From Octopus sinensis (lineage: Eukaryota), in assembly GCF_006345805.1 (NCBI RefSeq), contig NC_043001.1:18476001-18540000 (forward strand): DNA of 64,000 nucleotides. Reading direction: 5' to 3'. Below the pieces are notes generated by a model. That model was not told the DNA's origin. It ran no database searches and was given only the letters and a program-made list of their open reading frames with translations. Below, piece by piece: positions 25,592 to 39,586 of the stretch. Numbering within the stretch: position 1 is the first letter of the stretch; every line of letters begins with the position of its first letter. The position numbers and the translations under genes were made by a program.

Positions 25592-26100
25592 CTAGCAGTA
25601 TCGCCCGGCGTTGCTCGGGTTTGTAAGGGAAATAACTATATAAGCATTTTTAGAGAGTTACTTCCCTTATAGATGCCAATTCGGGCTTTCTTAACCATTT
25701 ATGTTTTGGTGTCTTCAAGCCATGAAGTCGTTGTTCTAAAAGAACGCTGGTCACCTTGACAACGCATTACGACGTTGATTTCCTTAAACTCCCTTCCCCA
25801 CAAATTCACGAGGGAGGGAAGAAGGGGGAGAAGCAAACAGGTGCAGCTGTGAGCGTGGACGCCAACTCCGCCGCCATCGACACACGAAAAATTATGCATT
25901 AAAATGGAATAAAAAATGATGTTAAATTATTTTTAAAATCGTAGACTCATCGTAGACGCGCGCTAATAGCCAGACGGGCTTGATATTAATCACGACTATA
26001 AGATACCCGAATTTGATTAAACTGCACCGCAAAATGTGGGAGGAGTTAGGAATCTAAATCGTAGGAGACAGACACTCACACAACTACAGTTTTATATATA
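25592..26100 (-). mobile_element. Non-autonomous Helitron
   Basis: Reverse complement of the 6610-family sequence, with the CCCGAGCAACGCCGGG hairpin and CTAG at 25592. Confidence 0.8.
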
Positions 26101-26102
26101 TA

Positions 26103-26166
<64 letters not shown>

Positions 26167-26627
26167 ATATAAACACATACGACGGGCTTCTTTCAGTTTC
26201 TGTCAACCAAATCCACTCACAAGGCTTTGGTCAGCCCGAGGCTATAGTAGAAGACACTTGCCCAAGGTGCCACGCACTGGTGACTGAACCCGGAACCATG
26301 TGGTTGGGAAGCAAGCTTCTTACTACACAGCCACTGGAAATTTATTGAATAAATTTCATCTCTTTTCAGGAGTGCCAAGTAGAAATAAAACGAACGAATT
26401 TATCTGACAGCCAGATAGTAGTAACCTACGAGTTACTTATCATTAAAATTCAGTATTCATTACTGTCACGATCTTCTCAAAAAGAATAAAAGCACTTATC
26501 TGGATTCCTTCAAAGAAGACAGAAGATTTGTAAATTTATATCAAGCTTGTACTAGAGTCAAAATAATTTGGGGGATTATAGTCTTAACATAAAAGAATGA
26601 ATAATTTCTATGAATAGTCACTATATA

Positions 26628-27030
26628 GGCGCAGGAGTGGCTGTGTGGTAAGTGGCTTGCTTACCGACCACATGGTTCCGGGTTCAGTCCCACTGCATGG
26701 CACCTTGGGCAAGTGTCTTCTACTATAGCCTCCGGCCGACCAAAGCCTTGTGAGTGGATTTGGTAGACGGAAACTGAAAGAAGCCCGGCGTATATATGTA
26801 TGTAAGTGTGTGTGTATATGTTTGTGTGTCTGTGTTTGTCCCCACCCCCAACGTCTCTTGACAACCGATGCTGGTGTGTTTACGTCCCCGTAACTTAGCA
26901 GTTCGGCAAAAGAGATCGATAGAATAAGTACTAGGCTTATAGAGAATAAGTCCTGGGTCGATTTGCTCGACTAAAGGCGGTGCTCCAGCATGGCCGCAGT
27001 CAAAATGACTGAAACAAGTAAAAGAGTAAA
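26628..27030 (+). mobile_element. Full-length SINE, family A
   Basis: Same head and tail as the 13131 copy. Confidence 0.85.
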
Positions 27031-27689
27031 AAAGATAAATTAAAGACTAGAACTCATAAAATATTAGTTTATCCTAACATCATTATCATAAACTTCTGAT
27101 GGAGGAATATGAAGGGCGACAAAGTTGCTGTAGCATCAGACAAGACATTTTTTTGCGGCATTTTGTTTCTGTCCTTTTTGGTTTGGGTGTTGTTTAATCT
27201 CACCAGTCGACTTAGCCACGCGACCTTCTGCAGTCGATAAAATAAGTATCCTTCAAATCTTAGAATCAATTTAATCAAATATACCCACTCGCAAATTTAT
27301 GACGTTGTGTCTACTGAGAAATATTTGAAAATATGTTTTCCCTTGATAAATAGAGGAGACATATTTAATCTTTTTTAGAAGGCTTCTAAAACAAAGCATA
27401 GCTTCTTCATAACTTGCCAAAGTATTAAAGAGTAAAATGTTTGCAATATTAAACCGTAAATTTGTCGGCATGGAAAAATAAATAAATGCTATAAGATTAA
27501 ATTTGTTTGAATACTATTTACATAATAATTATTAAACACTGACAGTTTAATATGAAAGTATATTTGGTGATTAAAATATTCAGCTAAAGTGTAAACACAT
27601 ACAGTAAAAGAAATGCAAACATAATCTACGACTGATATTTTTTCATTAATAATAGGGTGAATGTTTTGCGTCGCCAGCATCTATAATAT

Positions 27690-28022
27690 ATCCTGAAGAT
27701 CACCTGACGTGACCAAAATCACAATCAATGAAATCATGAAAAGAGCTGGCCTAAGTAGTCTGCAACCAAACGAAGAAAGCTGCTGGGCCATGTATCGCAC
27801 TTATCGTTGGCGAGACCGGCAAGGATAGCTGTCGAGTGGACAGTTGGAGGAGGAAGGAAAAGAGAGGGAGGCTAGTGAAGACGTGGCACAGGACTGTGTG
27901 GGAAGATTTGACCGAGATGAGTGTCACCTGGGAAAAAAGGGTACAGTTTGGTTCAGAACGGTATCTCTTGGAGAATTTCTTATCGCCTGATGACCTTTAA
28001 GCGAACGAAGATAACATCATCA
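27690..28022 (+). mobile_element. RTE LINE 3' fragment
   Basis: Frameshifted RRKLLGHV...GGRKRGRLVKTWHRTVWEDL, ending in a (CAT)n tail. Confidence 0.65.
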
Positions 28023-28042
28023 TCCTCAGCAGCAGCAACTAA

Positions 28043-28385
28043 TGGAGGCGCAATGGCCCAGTGGTTAGGGCAGCGGACTCGCGGTCGGAGGATCGCGGTT
28101 TATTGAGCGAAAACACCTAAAGCTCCACGAGGCTCCGGCAGGGGGTAGTGGTGGCGACTCCTGTTGTACTCTTTCGCTCCAACTTTCTGTCACTCTTTCT
28201 TCCCGTTTCTTGTCTCCGACTTCCTACGCAACCGCTGAACCTGGATGCGCATTCATCTATCCGTCGATGCTCTTGGTGTCGGGGTTTGACCTGCTTTCTC
28301 TTCTGCGGGTCTTACGAATAGCAAAGGACCATGTTTCGGACTTCTCCTACTGGGACGAAGACCGCTTCGCTCAACAAACAAACAA
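28043..28385 (+). mobile_element. tRNA-derived SINE family C (inverted copy at 29597-29987)
   Basis: GGAGGCGCAATGGCCCAGTGGTTAGGGCAGCG A-box-like head. The second copy is on the minus strand. Confidence 0.75.
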
Positions 28386-28541
28386 GCAGCAGTAACAATT
28401 AAGGCAGATATCTTCAGATTCATTTTGCCTTTCATTGAACACTCCTCAGCGTGGTATAGGTGCTAGGTAGCTCGTCGAAATTTCGTTTTTGTATCTAGCT
28501 TGCAAGATTCTTTATGCGAATTTGTGTGTTGACACAAATGT

Positions 28542-28728
28542 TGTGTCTCAGGAGAGTCATTATGCCAATATAATTAACACGTACACTGGTTCAATTCCAC
28601 TTCGTTATTATTAGTCAATTGGTTAAATATCCAACTAACTAATCGATTGGTTTTTAAGTTTTCAAAAGGAGTGGAATTAAACCAGTGCGTGTGTTAATAA
28701 CATTGGCATAATGACCTCCCTAGACACA
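28542..28728. repeat. Imperfect inverted repeat (~60-bp arms), MITE-like
   Basis: TGTGTCT...GTCATTATGCCAAT...CACTGGTTCAATTCCACT pairs with AGTGGAATTAAACCAGTG...ATTGGCATAATGAC...AGACACA. Confidence 0.7.
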
Positions 28729-28746
28729 GCATAGCTTGTCGAAGTA

Positions 28747-29138
28747 TCTTTATATATAAAAGAGAGGTTGTGTGCTGTCTGTCTCCTACGATTTAGATTC
28801 CTAACTACTCCCACATTTTGCGGTGCAGTTTAACCAAAACCGGGTATCTTATAGTCGTGATTCATATCGAGCCCTTCTGGGTATTAGCGCGCGTCTACGA
28901 TGAGTCTACGATTAAAAAAAAATTACCATCAATTTTTCCCATTTTTAATGCATTTTTGGCATACATAAGGGAAGTAACTCTCTAAAAATTTATTATTAAA
29001 TCTCAGAACGTAAAAAGCTACAGTAACACCCCCCCTTTGTGGTTACCATATTGAGATGGCTGTTATACTTTACATCTCTAAAAATGCTTATATAGTTATT
29101 CCCTTACAAACCCGAGCAACGCCGGGCAATACTGCTAG
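28747..29138 (+). mobile_element. Non-autonomous Helitron
   Basis: A|TCTTTATATATAAAAG start, CCCGAGCAACGCCGGG hairpin, CTAG|T end. Confidence 0.85.
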
Positions 29139-30016
29139 TTAACAATAAAATAGCAACGTATACTACACGTTACACTTGTTGACGTGGAGTAAACGAAATA
29201 TCGAAAAATTTTATTTGTAATATCAGTTGTTCAATGTATTCATTTCGTGAGTTGGTGAGAGTAACACAAAAGTAATAACAGTTCTTGGAGTGAGTAGCAA
29301 GAATCTAAGTAGAGTTCTTTAGAATATAAAGAATTTATCACGTGTGAATAAAGAAAAATTTTGCTTTCAAATTCAGTTAGGAAGATGGAACGCAAATAAG
29401 AAGAAATGAAGGAAAAAGGAAAATAAAGAAATTGGCTCTGATATTCTTGTAAATTATTACAGTGATCAAAGAACCTATTGTTTGATTGAGATCTTAGATG
29501 TTGGCATACGCTTCTTCGAAATATATTTGCCTCTGGTTATAATACCGTTGGTTCTAATGATATCACATCTTGTCCAATGATATTGTAGGTTATCATAATT
29601 ATTCAGCATTCTTTATACATGGGAAGCACTCCGTCGGTTACGACGATGAGGGTTCCGGTTGATCCGAATAAACGGAACAGCCTGCTCGTGAAATTAACGT
29701 GTAAGTGGCTGAGCACTCCACAGACACGTGCACCCTTAACGATATTCAGCGTGACACAGAGAGTGACAAGGCCGGCCCCTTGAAGGTACAACAGAAACAG
29801 GAAGTAAGAGTGAGAGAAAGTTGTGGTGAAAGAGTACAGCAGGGATCACCACCATCCCCTGCCGGAGCCTCGTGGAGCTTTTAGGTGTTTTCGCTCAATA
29901 AACACTCATAACACCCGGTCTGGGAATCGAAACCGCGATCCTATGACCGCGAGTTCGCTGCCCTAACCACTGGGCCATTGCGCCTCCACATTTTTATACA
30001 TGATATTGTATATGTA

Positions 30017-30365
30017 TACACACTCAGACCTCGGTACTACGGATCTCCCTTTAACGGATTTCGGAAGCAGCGGACAAAATCACGGCTTTTCACCATCGAT
30101 GGTAAATCTGATCTTAAATTTAAAATGTTGAATTTACTGTATTATAGTGTATATTTACAGTATACAAGTTTTTTAACACTGTCAGATTGGATAGCGTACT
30201 TGATTAAAAGTACAGTACTGTATTTATTCCTCTGTCTTTCGTAATGTAATTGTTGATATTAGCCACTCCTAACGTAACTTAACCTTAATGTTGGTACCTA
30301 CGGACTATCGGCTTCATCAGATCGATGTTCCCCGCTTTTAGTCCGTAGTACCGAGATATGAGTAG
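30017..30365. mobile_element. MITE with ~25-bp TIRs
   Basis: CTCGGTACTACGGA ... TCCGTAGTACCGAG inverted termini. Confidence 0.55.
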
Positions 30366-31433
30366 ACCTTTATTTTCCTTTGCTATGTCATTGTACCTAA
30401 AAGGACCCTTTAAGGGAATATCATTTGTCAACCCAGACAATGAACTTCATCACCAAAACAAGGTTTGCTTCTTGACCCTACATCTGAATTCATTGAGGAA
30501 GTGCCTGCTGTGACTAAGGTCAAACCAATGAACTATACTACCCATCCCTATGCCCTCACAAATATCAGAACAAGTTTAGCCTCACTACGCACTCCTTTAT
30601 CATTACCATTTCTTTCTCTCTCTCCACCACCTTCTATTCTTCCTTCCCAAATACACACAGCACTGCCCGTATACTCAAATGAACCTTTTGATTGGTGAAA
30701 ATTGATAAACATCCTTCAGTTATACATTCGTTACTTCCAACTTTAATGCCATATCGCCTGATGAAATGAACGCTTAAACTAAAATTCACCTGATGTCCAT
30801 GGATATTACGGATTGTACTGTAATCATCCCAGGAATACGAACTATGATCACAAGAAACAAGTTATTTGTGGAAACGCACGTAGCAATGCATTAAAATATT
30901 TATAAATTCCATTTATGGAGTATTATTATTATTACTATATTTATCCTACATTAAAACGGCACAACTCGGTACAACTCCATAAAACTCCTATTGCAAGTTG
31001 GTACCATTAGGCAGCAGCCGAAATAAGATAGGAGCTTTTATATGTGTACTCGAAAACGATTCCTGAGAACGAACTTAAAGAATGTATGTGTATGTATGTA
31101 CTGGCTCGTCAGTGGATCATATATCCGAAAAAGAAGTACACTCTATACTTTAGAGCAGTAATGTATTTATAGAAAGTTATATGGTCTGTTATGGAGTGAC
31201 CAATAGTTTCGCACCTATAAAGCGCTTTACCTTTACATACGCATCGTCAGATTCCAATGGCCTTGGATATAGTAAAACATTACGGTCAGTTAATTTTGTA
31301 AAAAAAAATATAAATTCTCTGAGCTTTAGGTGGGACGGGTTATCACCCTTAAATCTGTTGCGCTCAATAAAGTTTTACGGCCCTAATCAACGAACGGGTA
31401 ATCTCCGCCCTTAGCTTGGTTCCAGTTAGTAAA

Positions 31434-33830
31434 TCTAAAAAATAAATCACGTTCTGTCTGTGTGTGTATGTGTGTAAAAGATTATAACGGCCGTATTTTT
31501 CAACTGTGTTTTCAGTTTCCTTTTCCAGACACTATTGTTTTCAGTTTCCTTTTCCAGACACTATTGTTTTCACTTTCAGTTCAATCGCTATTGTTTTCAC
31601 TGTGAGTTTTCAATCACTATTTACAAACAACAGCAACAAATTACTGACAGAAAGAAGTTCACAATTACTGATGAAATTAATTTCATTCATAATTTACTGA
31701 CAGAAGTAACTTCATAATTTTCACTTCAATCCGTACACTTCATTAAATTTGCCTACAAGTTTCTTACTTACATTTGCAACGTTTTGTGTCTTTTGTTGTT
31801 GACGGAATTACTGATAAAAGTAAGTTCATAATTTACTGAGAGAAGTAACTTAAAAAATTTCACTTAAATCCGTACATTTAGTTAATTATCCTAAAAATTT
31901 CTTATTTACATTTGCAACGGTTTTGTGTTTTCTGTTGTTACGGTCTTTTTTATGTTTCCTTCGATACTGGCTCTTTGGTTCACCAAGTGACAAATTTCGC
32001 TTCAACCCGCACAATTCTTTATTGTCTGTAAACATTTCTTATTTACTTTCTACCCGTCGTATTAAGCCATATAATTTCCGTTACCCAGTTATTTTCATTG
32101 TTTACTATCTTCTGCACCCGTGTATTTCTGTATATTTATATAACCATACCTAGAAGGAAAGTGTCAAATTTATCTACAATGTCAAGGTCAGCCAAAAGAA
32201 TGTCTCTATCCAGGGAAAGAGAGAGCTGCAGAAAGGGAAGACGAACAGACTGCGCGCTACAAAAGCCAGAGCATCTCAAATTGATGACCAACGGCATGCA
32301 CGGCTGACAAGGAATAGGATCTCCACTGCAAAACGAAAAGCAGTTGCAACAGCTCAGAGAAACAAGGTGTCTGTGCGTCAAGAAGTTTGCTTGCCAACCA
32401 CATGGTTCCGGGTTCAGTCAGATTGTGTGGCACCATGGTCAAGTGTCTTCTTCTATAGCCCCGGGCCGACTAAAGCCTTGTGAGTGGATTTGGTAGACGG
32501 AAACAAAAAGAAGCCCGTCGTGTATATATATGTGTGTGTCTGTGTGTTGTGTGTTTGTGTTTGGTTCCCACCACTGCTTGACAACCGGTGTTGGTGTGTT
32601 TACGGCCACGTAATCTTAGCGATTCGGCAAAAGTGACCGATAGAATAAGCAGCAGGCTTAAAAATAAGTCCTGATATCGTTTTGTTCGACTGAACCCTTC
32701 AAGACGGTGCTCCAGCATGGCTGCAGTCTAATGACTGAAGTAAATATGTGAGGAGTGACTGTGTGGTTACCAACCACATGGTTCCGGGTTCAGTCCCACT
32801 GCGTGATACCTTGGGCAAATGTCTTCGATATAGCATGTATTTGTGTGTCTGTGTTTGTCCCCACACACCATCGCTTGACAACCGATGCTGGTGTGTTTAT
32901 GTCCCCGTAACATAGTGGTTCGGCAAAAGAAAATGACAGAATGAGTACTAGGGTTACAAAGAATAAGTCCTGGGGTCGGTTTGTTCGACTAAAGACGGTG
33001 CTCCAGCATGATTGAAACAGGTAGGCGTAGGAGTGGCTGTGTGGTAAGTAGCTTGCTTACTTGTCTCGTGGATAGACGTGTTTTTTTGGCGGTGAGTCAA
33101 ACGTTTTGTTGAACGTTGGATAATTTTTCTGTTGAAATTGTTGACTGTTTATTGTTGAACATTTTCAAACTGTTGAACGTTGTTGAACTTTGAAACTTTG
33201 AAAATTTTTGCGCTTTTTCCCGGTGACGGGAGAAAGTAATTGTTTGTGTAAAACCACTTTTGCTGTTGCGAATTGTTGAAATATTGAACTTATTAAAGCC
33301 GTTGTAGGCTTTATTGTCGTGCCCCCTCCCCCAGCGAGGGTGGGATTTGAACTGTTATCCGTATTAAGAGGAAAATATATTACAGGTTTCCTGTTTTTTG
33401 GGATAATCAATTTATTATTGTGTGAAAAATTAAATTGTAGCCGTTGTAGGTTCTATTGTGGCACCCACCACTAGCGGCAGTGAGATTTGAACTGTTGTCC
33501 TCGTTGTGAGGAAAAAATATTATAGGTTTCCCGTTTTTTGGGATACTGTATTTTTATCATTGTATGAAAAATTTAATTTCGAATGTTGTAGGCTTTGTTG
33601 ATACGTCTCGCCCCCAGCGGAGTTGGGATTCGAATTGTTGTCCTCGTTGAGAGGGAAAAAAAAGTAAAAAATTATAGGTTTCCCATTTTCTGGGATTAAA
33701 TTGTGTAAATTTATTTCGAACGAATATGTCGGTCGAAATAATTCAAGAAGCAAACCAGCTGCATGATCCAGCCAAAAAGTTCGCGGCAGTAGCCTCTGTA
33801 CCGCGTGAAAATGTGGTAATACACACGGAG
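31434..33830 (+). mobile_element. Internally deleted Helitron with a remnant of the Rep/helicase N-terminus, interrupted by SINE pieces (32385-33060)
   Basis: A|TC start plus (CTGT/GT)n. 32144-32370 reads PRRKVSNLSTMSRSAKRMSLSRERE, then after a frameshift NRLRATKARASQIDDQRHARL, resembling Helitron N-termini. Three ~143-bp tandem units at 33290-33720. 3' end not clear. Confidence 0.5.
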
Positions 33831-33859
33831 AAGTTTGAAAGTTTACTTAACTCTCGAAA

Positions 33860-35076
33860 AATGTGTCATTAACTAAAATTTCAAATAATATTTTCCGTTT
33901 TGAAATTTTAGTTAATGACACGTTTTTCGAGAGTTAAGTAAACTTTTTTTTATTTAAGAAATTATATTGTATTCTATATAACAATTGATTATTAAATTTG
34001 AATTTATAATTATTTGAGTTGTTAATGATAATTTAGATATGGACATTTATTTAATTATTATTAGTTTATAATTATTATATCTGAACGCAAATTTTAAGAT
34101 ATTAGTTAGTCACTGTGGTATATAAATCGTAAAAATGTTTTTGATAACGATGATAATAGTGATGATAATAGTAATAATAATTTTTTTAAAAACAGGTTGT
34201 ACGTTTTTAATTTGATTTTTCAAATTTTAAATTGTATTTCATAAATATATTCTATAGATATTTATAATATTTATGTAAGTAATAATGGACTAATCTATTT
34301 TGGTTATATGTTTGTATATTAATTGATAGAGAAAATTTTAGATTTTTAATTACTATATTTGTGATTATAATTTAGATACTTATTTTTATGTATTTATTAT
34401 TTTATAATTATTAGATGTGAACTTAAATCTAAAAATATGGATCTTTTCGGTTTGGACGGCAGTTTTTTCTAGCGGTGTCATATGAAATGTCACCCATAAT
34501 TATGACCCTAGAATCGATCTATTGCATTTCAATCTCTTTTAGGGTTAGGGTTAGTTAGGGTTAGTGTTAGGGATGGGGGTAGGGTATCTTTTTTCTCAGA
34601 AATGTAAATAAACCCAATCTGTTTCTTAAACGAGGGACATATTCATACGGCACAGAATGATTTCACCTCAATAGACGTCATTGATTTATTTTGAAAATAA
34701 ATATTGTTTAACTTTATTTGCTCATTTATTTAACTATTATCATTAACCTGAAGATTGACTATAATTTTAAATCTAATTTATTTCAATTGAATTTAAACTT
34801 AATTGTAATTCGAATTTAATTGTAGCCATGAAACGTACGTAGTTTTTTTTTACTTATTATATATTGATAGTTCATTTTTATACTTTTTGAGATCGAGTTA
34901 TATGTTTTATAAAAATATATTTTATTTGTTATTTATGTTTTGGTTTATGTCTATAACTGTTTGAGTGCATGATAGTGGTTTTATCTCTAATTTATATTGT
35001 GAAATTGGATTTAATGCTAACTTGAATTGTTCTCTGTAAGTTTGGAGTTATAATCCCTATATTATTGTTATATACA

Positions 35077-35116
<40 letters not shown>

Positions 35117-35208
35117 ACATATATATGTATTACATATATATATATACATGATATATATGTATATATGTATATACATACATATATAGATATATAGATAGAT
35201 ATATATAC

Positions 35209-35252
<44 letters not shown>

Positions 35253-35680
35253 CATATATATATATACATATAGATATATAATATACATATATATATTAAC
35301 ATATATATATATACTATATATATATATACATATATATTATATATACATATATATATTATATACATATATTATATATACATATATATATATATGTATATAT
35401 ATTTATATGTATATATATATATTATAATTTATATGTAAAATATATTATAAATATATATATATGTATATATATATATATATGTATATATTATATATATATA
35501 TATATATATTATGTATATATATATATGATATATATATATATGTATATATATATATATTATATATTATATAGTATATATATGTATATATTTATATATTATA
35601 TATATATATATGTATATATATGTATATATATTATATAATATATATATGTATGTATAATATTATGTATATATATATATATG

Positions 35681-35748
<68 letters not shown>

Positions 35749-36963
35749 ACAATAACATTAGGGATTATAACTCCAAACTTACAGAGAACAATTCAAGTTA
35801 GCATTAAATCCAATTTCACAATATAAATTAGAGATAAAACCACTATCATGCAACTCAAACAGTTATAGACATAAACCAAAACATAAATAACAAATAAAAT
35901 ATATTTTTATAAAACATATAACTCGATCTCAAAAAGTATAAAAATGAACTATCAATATATAATAAGTAAAAAAAAACTACGTACGTTTCATGGCTACAAT
36001 TAAATTCGAATTACAATTAAGTTTAAATTCAATTGAAATAAATTAGATTTAAAATTATAGTCAATCTTCAGGTTAATGATAATAGTTAAATAAATGAGCA
36101 AATAAAGTTAAAACAATATTTATTTTCAAAATAAATCAATGACGTCTATTGAGGTGAAATCATTCTGTGCCGTATGAATATGTCCCTCGTTTAAGAAACA
36201 GATTGGGTTTATTTACATTTCTGAAGAAAAAAAGATACCCTACCCCCATCCCTAACACTAACCCTAACTAACCCTAACCCTAAAAGAGATTGAAATGCAA
36301 TAGATCGATTCTAGGGTCATAATTATGGGTGACATTTCATATGACACCGCTAGAAAAAACTGCCGTCCAAACCGAAAAGATCCATATTTTTAGATTTAAG
36401 TTCACATCTAATAATTATAAAATAATAAATACATAAAAATAAGTATCTAAATTATAATCAACAAATATAGTAATTAAAAATCTAAAATTTTCTCTATCAA
36501 TTAATATACAAACATATAACCAAAAATAGATTAGTCCATTATTACTTACATAAATATTATAAATATCTATAGAATATATTTATGAAATACAATTTAAAAT
36601 TTGAAAAATCAAATTAAAAACGTACAACCTGTTTTAAAAAAAAATTATTATTACTATTATCATCACTATTATCATCGTTATCAAAAACATTTTTACGATC
36701 TATATACCACAGTGACTAACTAATATCTTAAAATTTGCGTTCAGATATAATAATTATAAACTAATAATAATTAAATAAATGTCCATATCTAAATTATCAT
36801 TAACAACTCAAATAATTATAAATTCAAATTTAATAATCAATAGTTATATAGAATACAATATAATTTCTTAAATAAAAAAGTTTACTTAACTCTCGAAAAG
36901 CGTGTCATTAACTAAAATTTCAAAACGGAAAATATTATTTGAAATTTTAGTTAATGACACATT
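33860..36963. repeat. 3.1-kb palindrome: ~1.2-kb arms around a ~0.7-kb TA-rich spacer
   Basis: 33860-~35075 is the reverse complement of ~35740-36963 with only scattered differences. Confidence 0.95.
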
Positions 36964-37570
36964 AATATATATATACATACATATATATATATATATACAT
37001 ATATTATACATATATATATGTACATATATATACATATATATATGTACATATATATACATATATATATATACATATATATACATATATATATAATATATAT
37101 ATATACATATATATATACATATATATATATACATATATACATATATATATACATATATATATACATATATATTACATATATATATATATATATGCATATA
37201 TATATACATATATATATACGCATTATATATATACATATATATATACGCATATATATATATATACATTATATATATATATACATATATATATACATATTAT
37301 ATATACATATATATATATACATATTATATATAACATATATATATATATATGCATATATATACATATATATATATATGCATATATATATATATACATATAT
37401 ACATATATATACGTATGGCCTGCTCGCTTAGCCAGCGGGGTGGCGTCATCTGAAGGCTAAAACAATACGAAGCCGATTGTGACCAACGATGTGTAGCAAC
37501 ATCTGATAGCCTGGTCGGTCACGTGATCACGTGATATATACATACATATATATATATACTATATATATAC

Positions 37571-37617
<47 letters not shown>

Positions 37618-37819
37618 CATATAATATACATATAATATACATATATATATACATATATATATACATATATACATATGTATATACATATATACATACATAC
37701 ATATATACATATGTACACTTATAAATATAGATACATATATATACATATATATATAGATACATATATATACATATATATATATACATATATATACATATAC
37801 ATATATATATACATGTATA

Positions 37820-37879
<60 letters not shown>

Positions 37880-37940
37880 TATAGACATATATATATATAT
37901 CACACCGTACACACACACACATGTATATATGTATATACGT
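36963..37940. repeat. (TA/TACA)n microsatellite field with a short repeat insertion at 37405-37535
   Basis: Direct reading. Confidence 0.9.
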
Positions 37941-38814
37941 ATATACATATACGCGTGCGTGATTTTCAAAAAGAGGATAGATATGCTTAGAAAAAGAAAG
38001 CAAAAAAGCAAGATATTATGCAAAGCATATTTTTTTTAGCATTTTAAAAAGTATTTGAAAAACAATTTGAAATGGAAATGTATAATTCTTTTTAATGTAT
38101 ACAGAGCAATATAACGATGTAAGTTTTGTACATAAATTTAATGGTGTAGAAGGATATTAAAAATAACAGCCAGTGGTTTAACAATATTAACAAGAGGAAA
38201 TCAGTGGAAAAGAAGAAATTTAGCCTTTTGTGAGTAGACTTATAGCTTTGGCTGTCACAGCCGTCAGTATTTACAGCAGATTAAAGCAGAAAGATAATAG
38301 AATATATAATTTCAAAATATAAAGAAAAATTAGATGCATGTTTAACCAGAAATAGAATTCTCAGTACTCTTAGATGAACGTGTATGGAATTCTGTGGAAG
38401 CCATCATTTTTTGTTATCCTTTATTTTAAATTCGGAATATAATCCAGTTTTCTTTTTATTTCTCATTAATATATTCCCTAATATTTAAACGATAAAAGTG
38501 AAAACGAAGTGACTGTTTCTGAAATATTCTTTTGTTGTCCGGAGGCCCATTGTAGAATTTTAGTAGCCATTAAACTCAATTGATGTATGAATATATTAAA
38601 AGCCATCACTTAATGCCATCAAATTTTATCACCAAAGTTGTGGTAATATTACAAGAAAAGCCAAGTAAGAAACGCCTGGAATCAAACATTTCTATGAATC
38701 AGACAGTGGGATTCTTATGTTTGGAATGTTTTTACGATAAAATGACATGTCAAGTTACATACACTTATACACATACATTCATATATAGATATACATGTAT
38801 GAATATACACACAT

Positions 38815-38873
<59 letters not shown>

Positions 38874-38979
38874 AGCATATACATACATACATACATATAT
38901 ATATATATACATACAAGCATATATATATATATATATACACACACATATATATACATATAGATACATATATATGTTTATG

Positions 38980-39011
<32 letters not shown>

Positions 39012-39089
39012 GTATGTGTATGTATATATGTATGTTTATGTATATATGTATGTTTATGTATATATATATATTTATATATGTATGTGTAT

Positions 39090-39129
<40 letters not shown>

Positions 39130-39130
39130 G

Positions 39131-39199
<69 letters not shown>

Positions 39200-39309
39200 C
39201 GGCAGAAATTACAAAGTAACTCAAAAGCCGAATTCGCATATTGCTATGCACGAAACCCTCAGCCTCTGAGTCACTTTGTATCTTGAACCTATTGAAAAAT
39301 TAAAATAAA

Positions 39310-39526
39310 ATTATAATAATCACTTCTACTATAGGCACAAGGCATGGAATTTGTGGGAAAGGGGACAGTCGATTAAATTGACTCCAGTGCTCAACTGGTA
39401 CTTATTTTATCGACTTCGGTTGTAGAAAGGCAAGTCTACCTCAGTGGAATTTGAACTCAGAACGTAGTGACGGACGAAATGCAGCTATACATTTGGTCGG
39501 GCTTGCTAACGATTCTGCCATCTTGC

Positions 39527-39586
<60 letters not shown>

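Noticed and set aside
28043-28110. tRNA-like heads here and at 29930-29987 and 50400-50470
   Set aside because: A/B boxes run straight into SINE bodies with no complete cloverleaf, so these are SINEs rather than tRNA genes.
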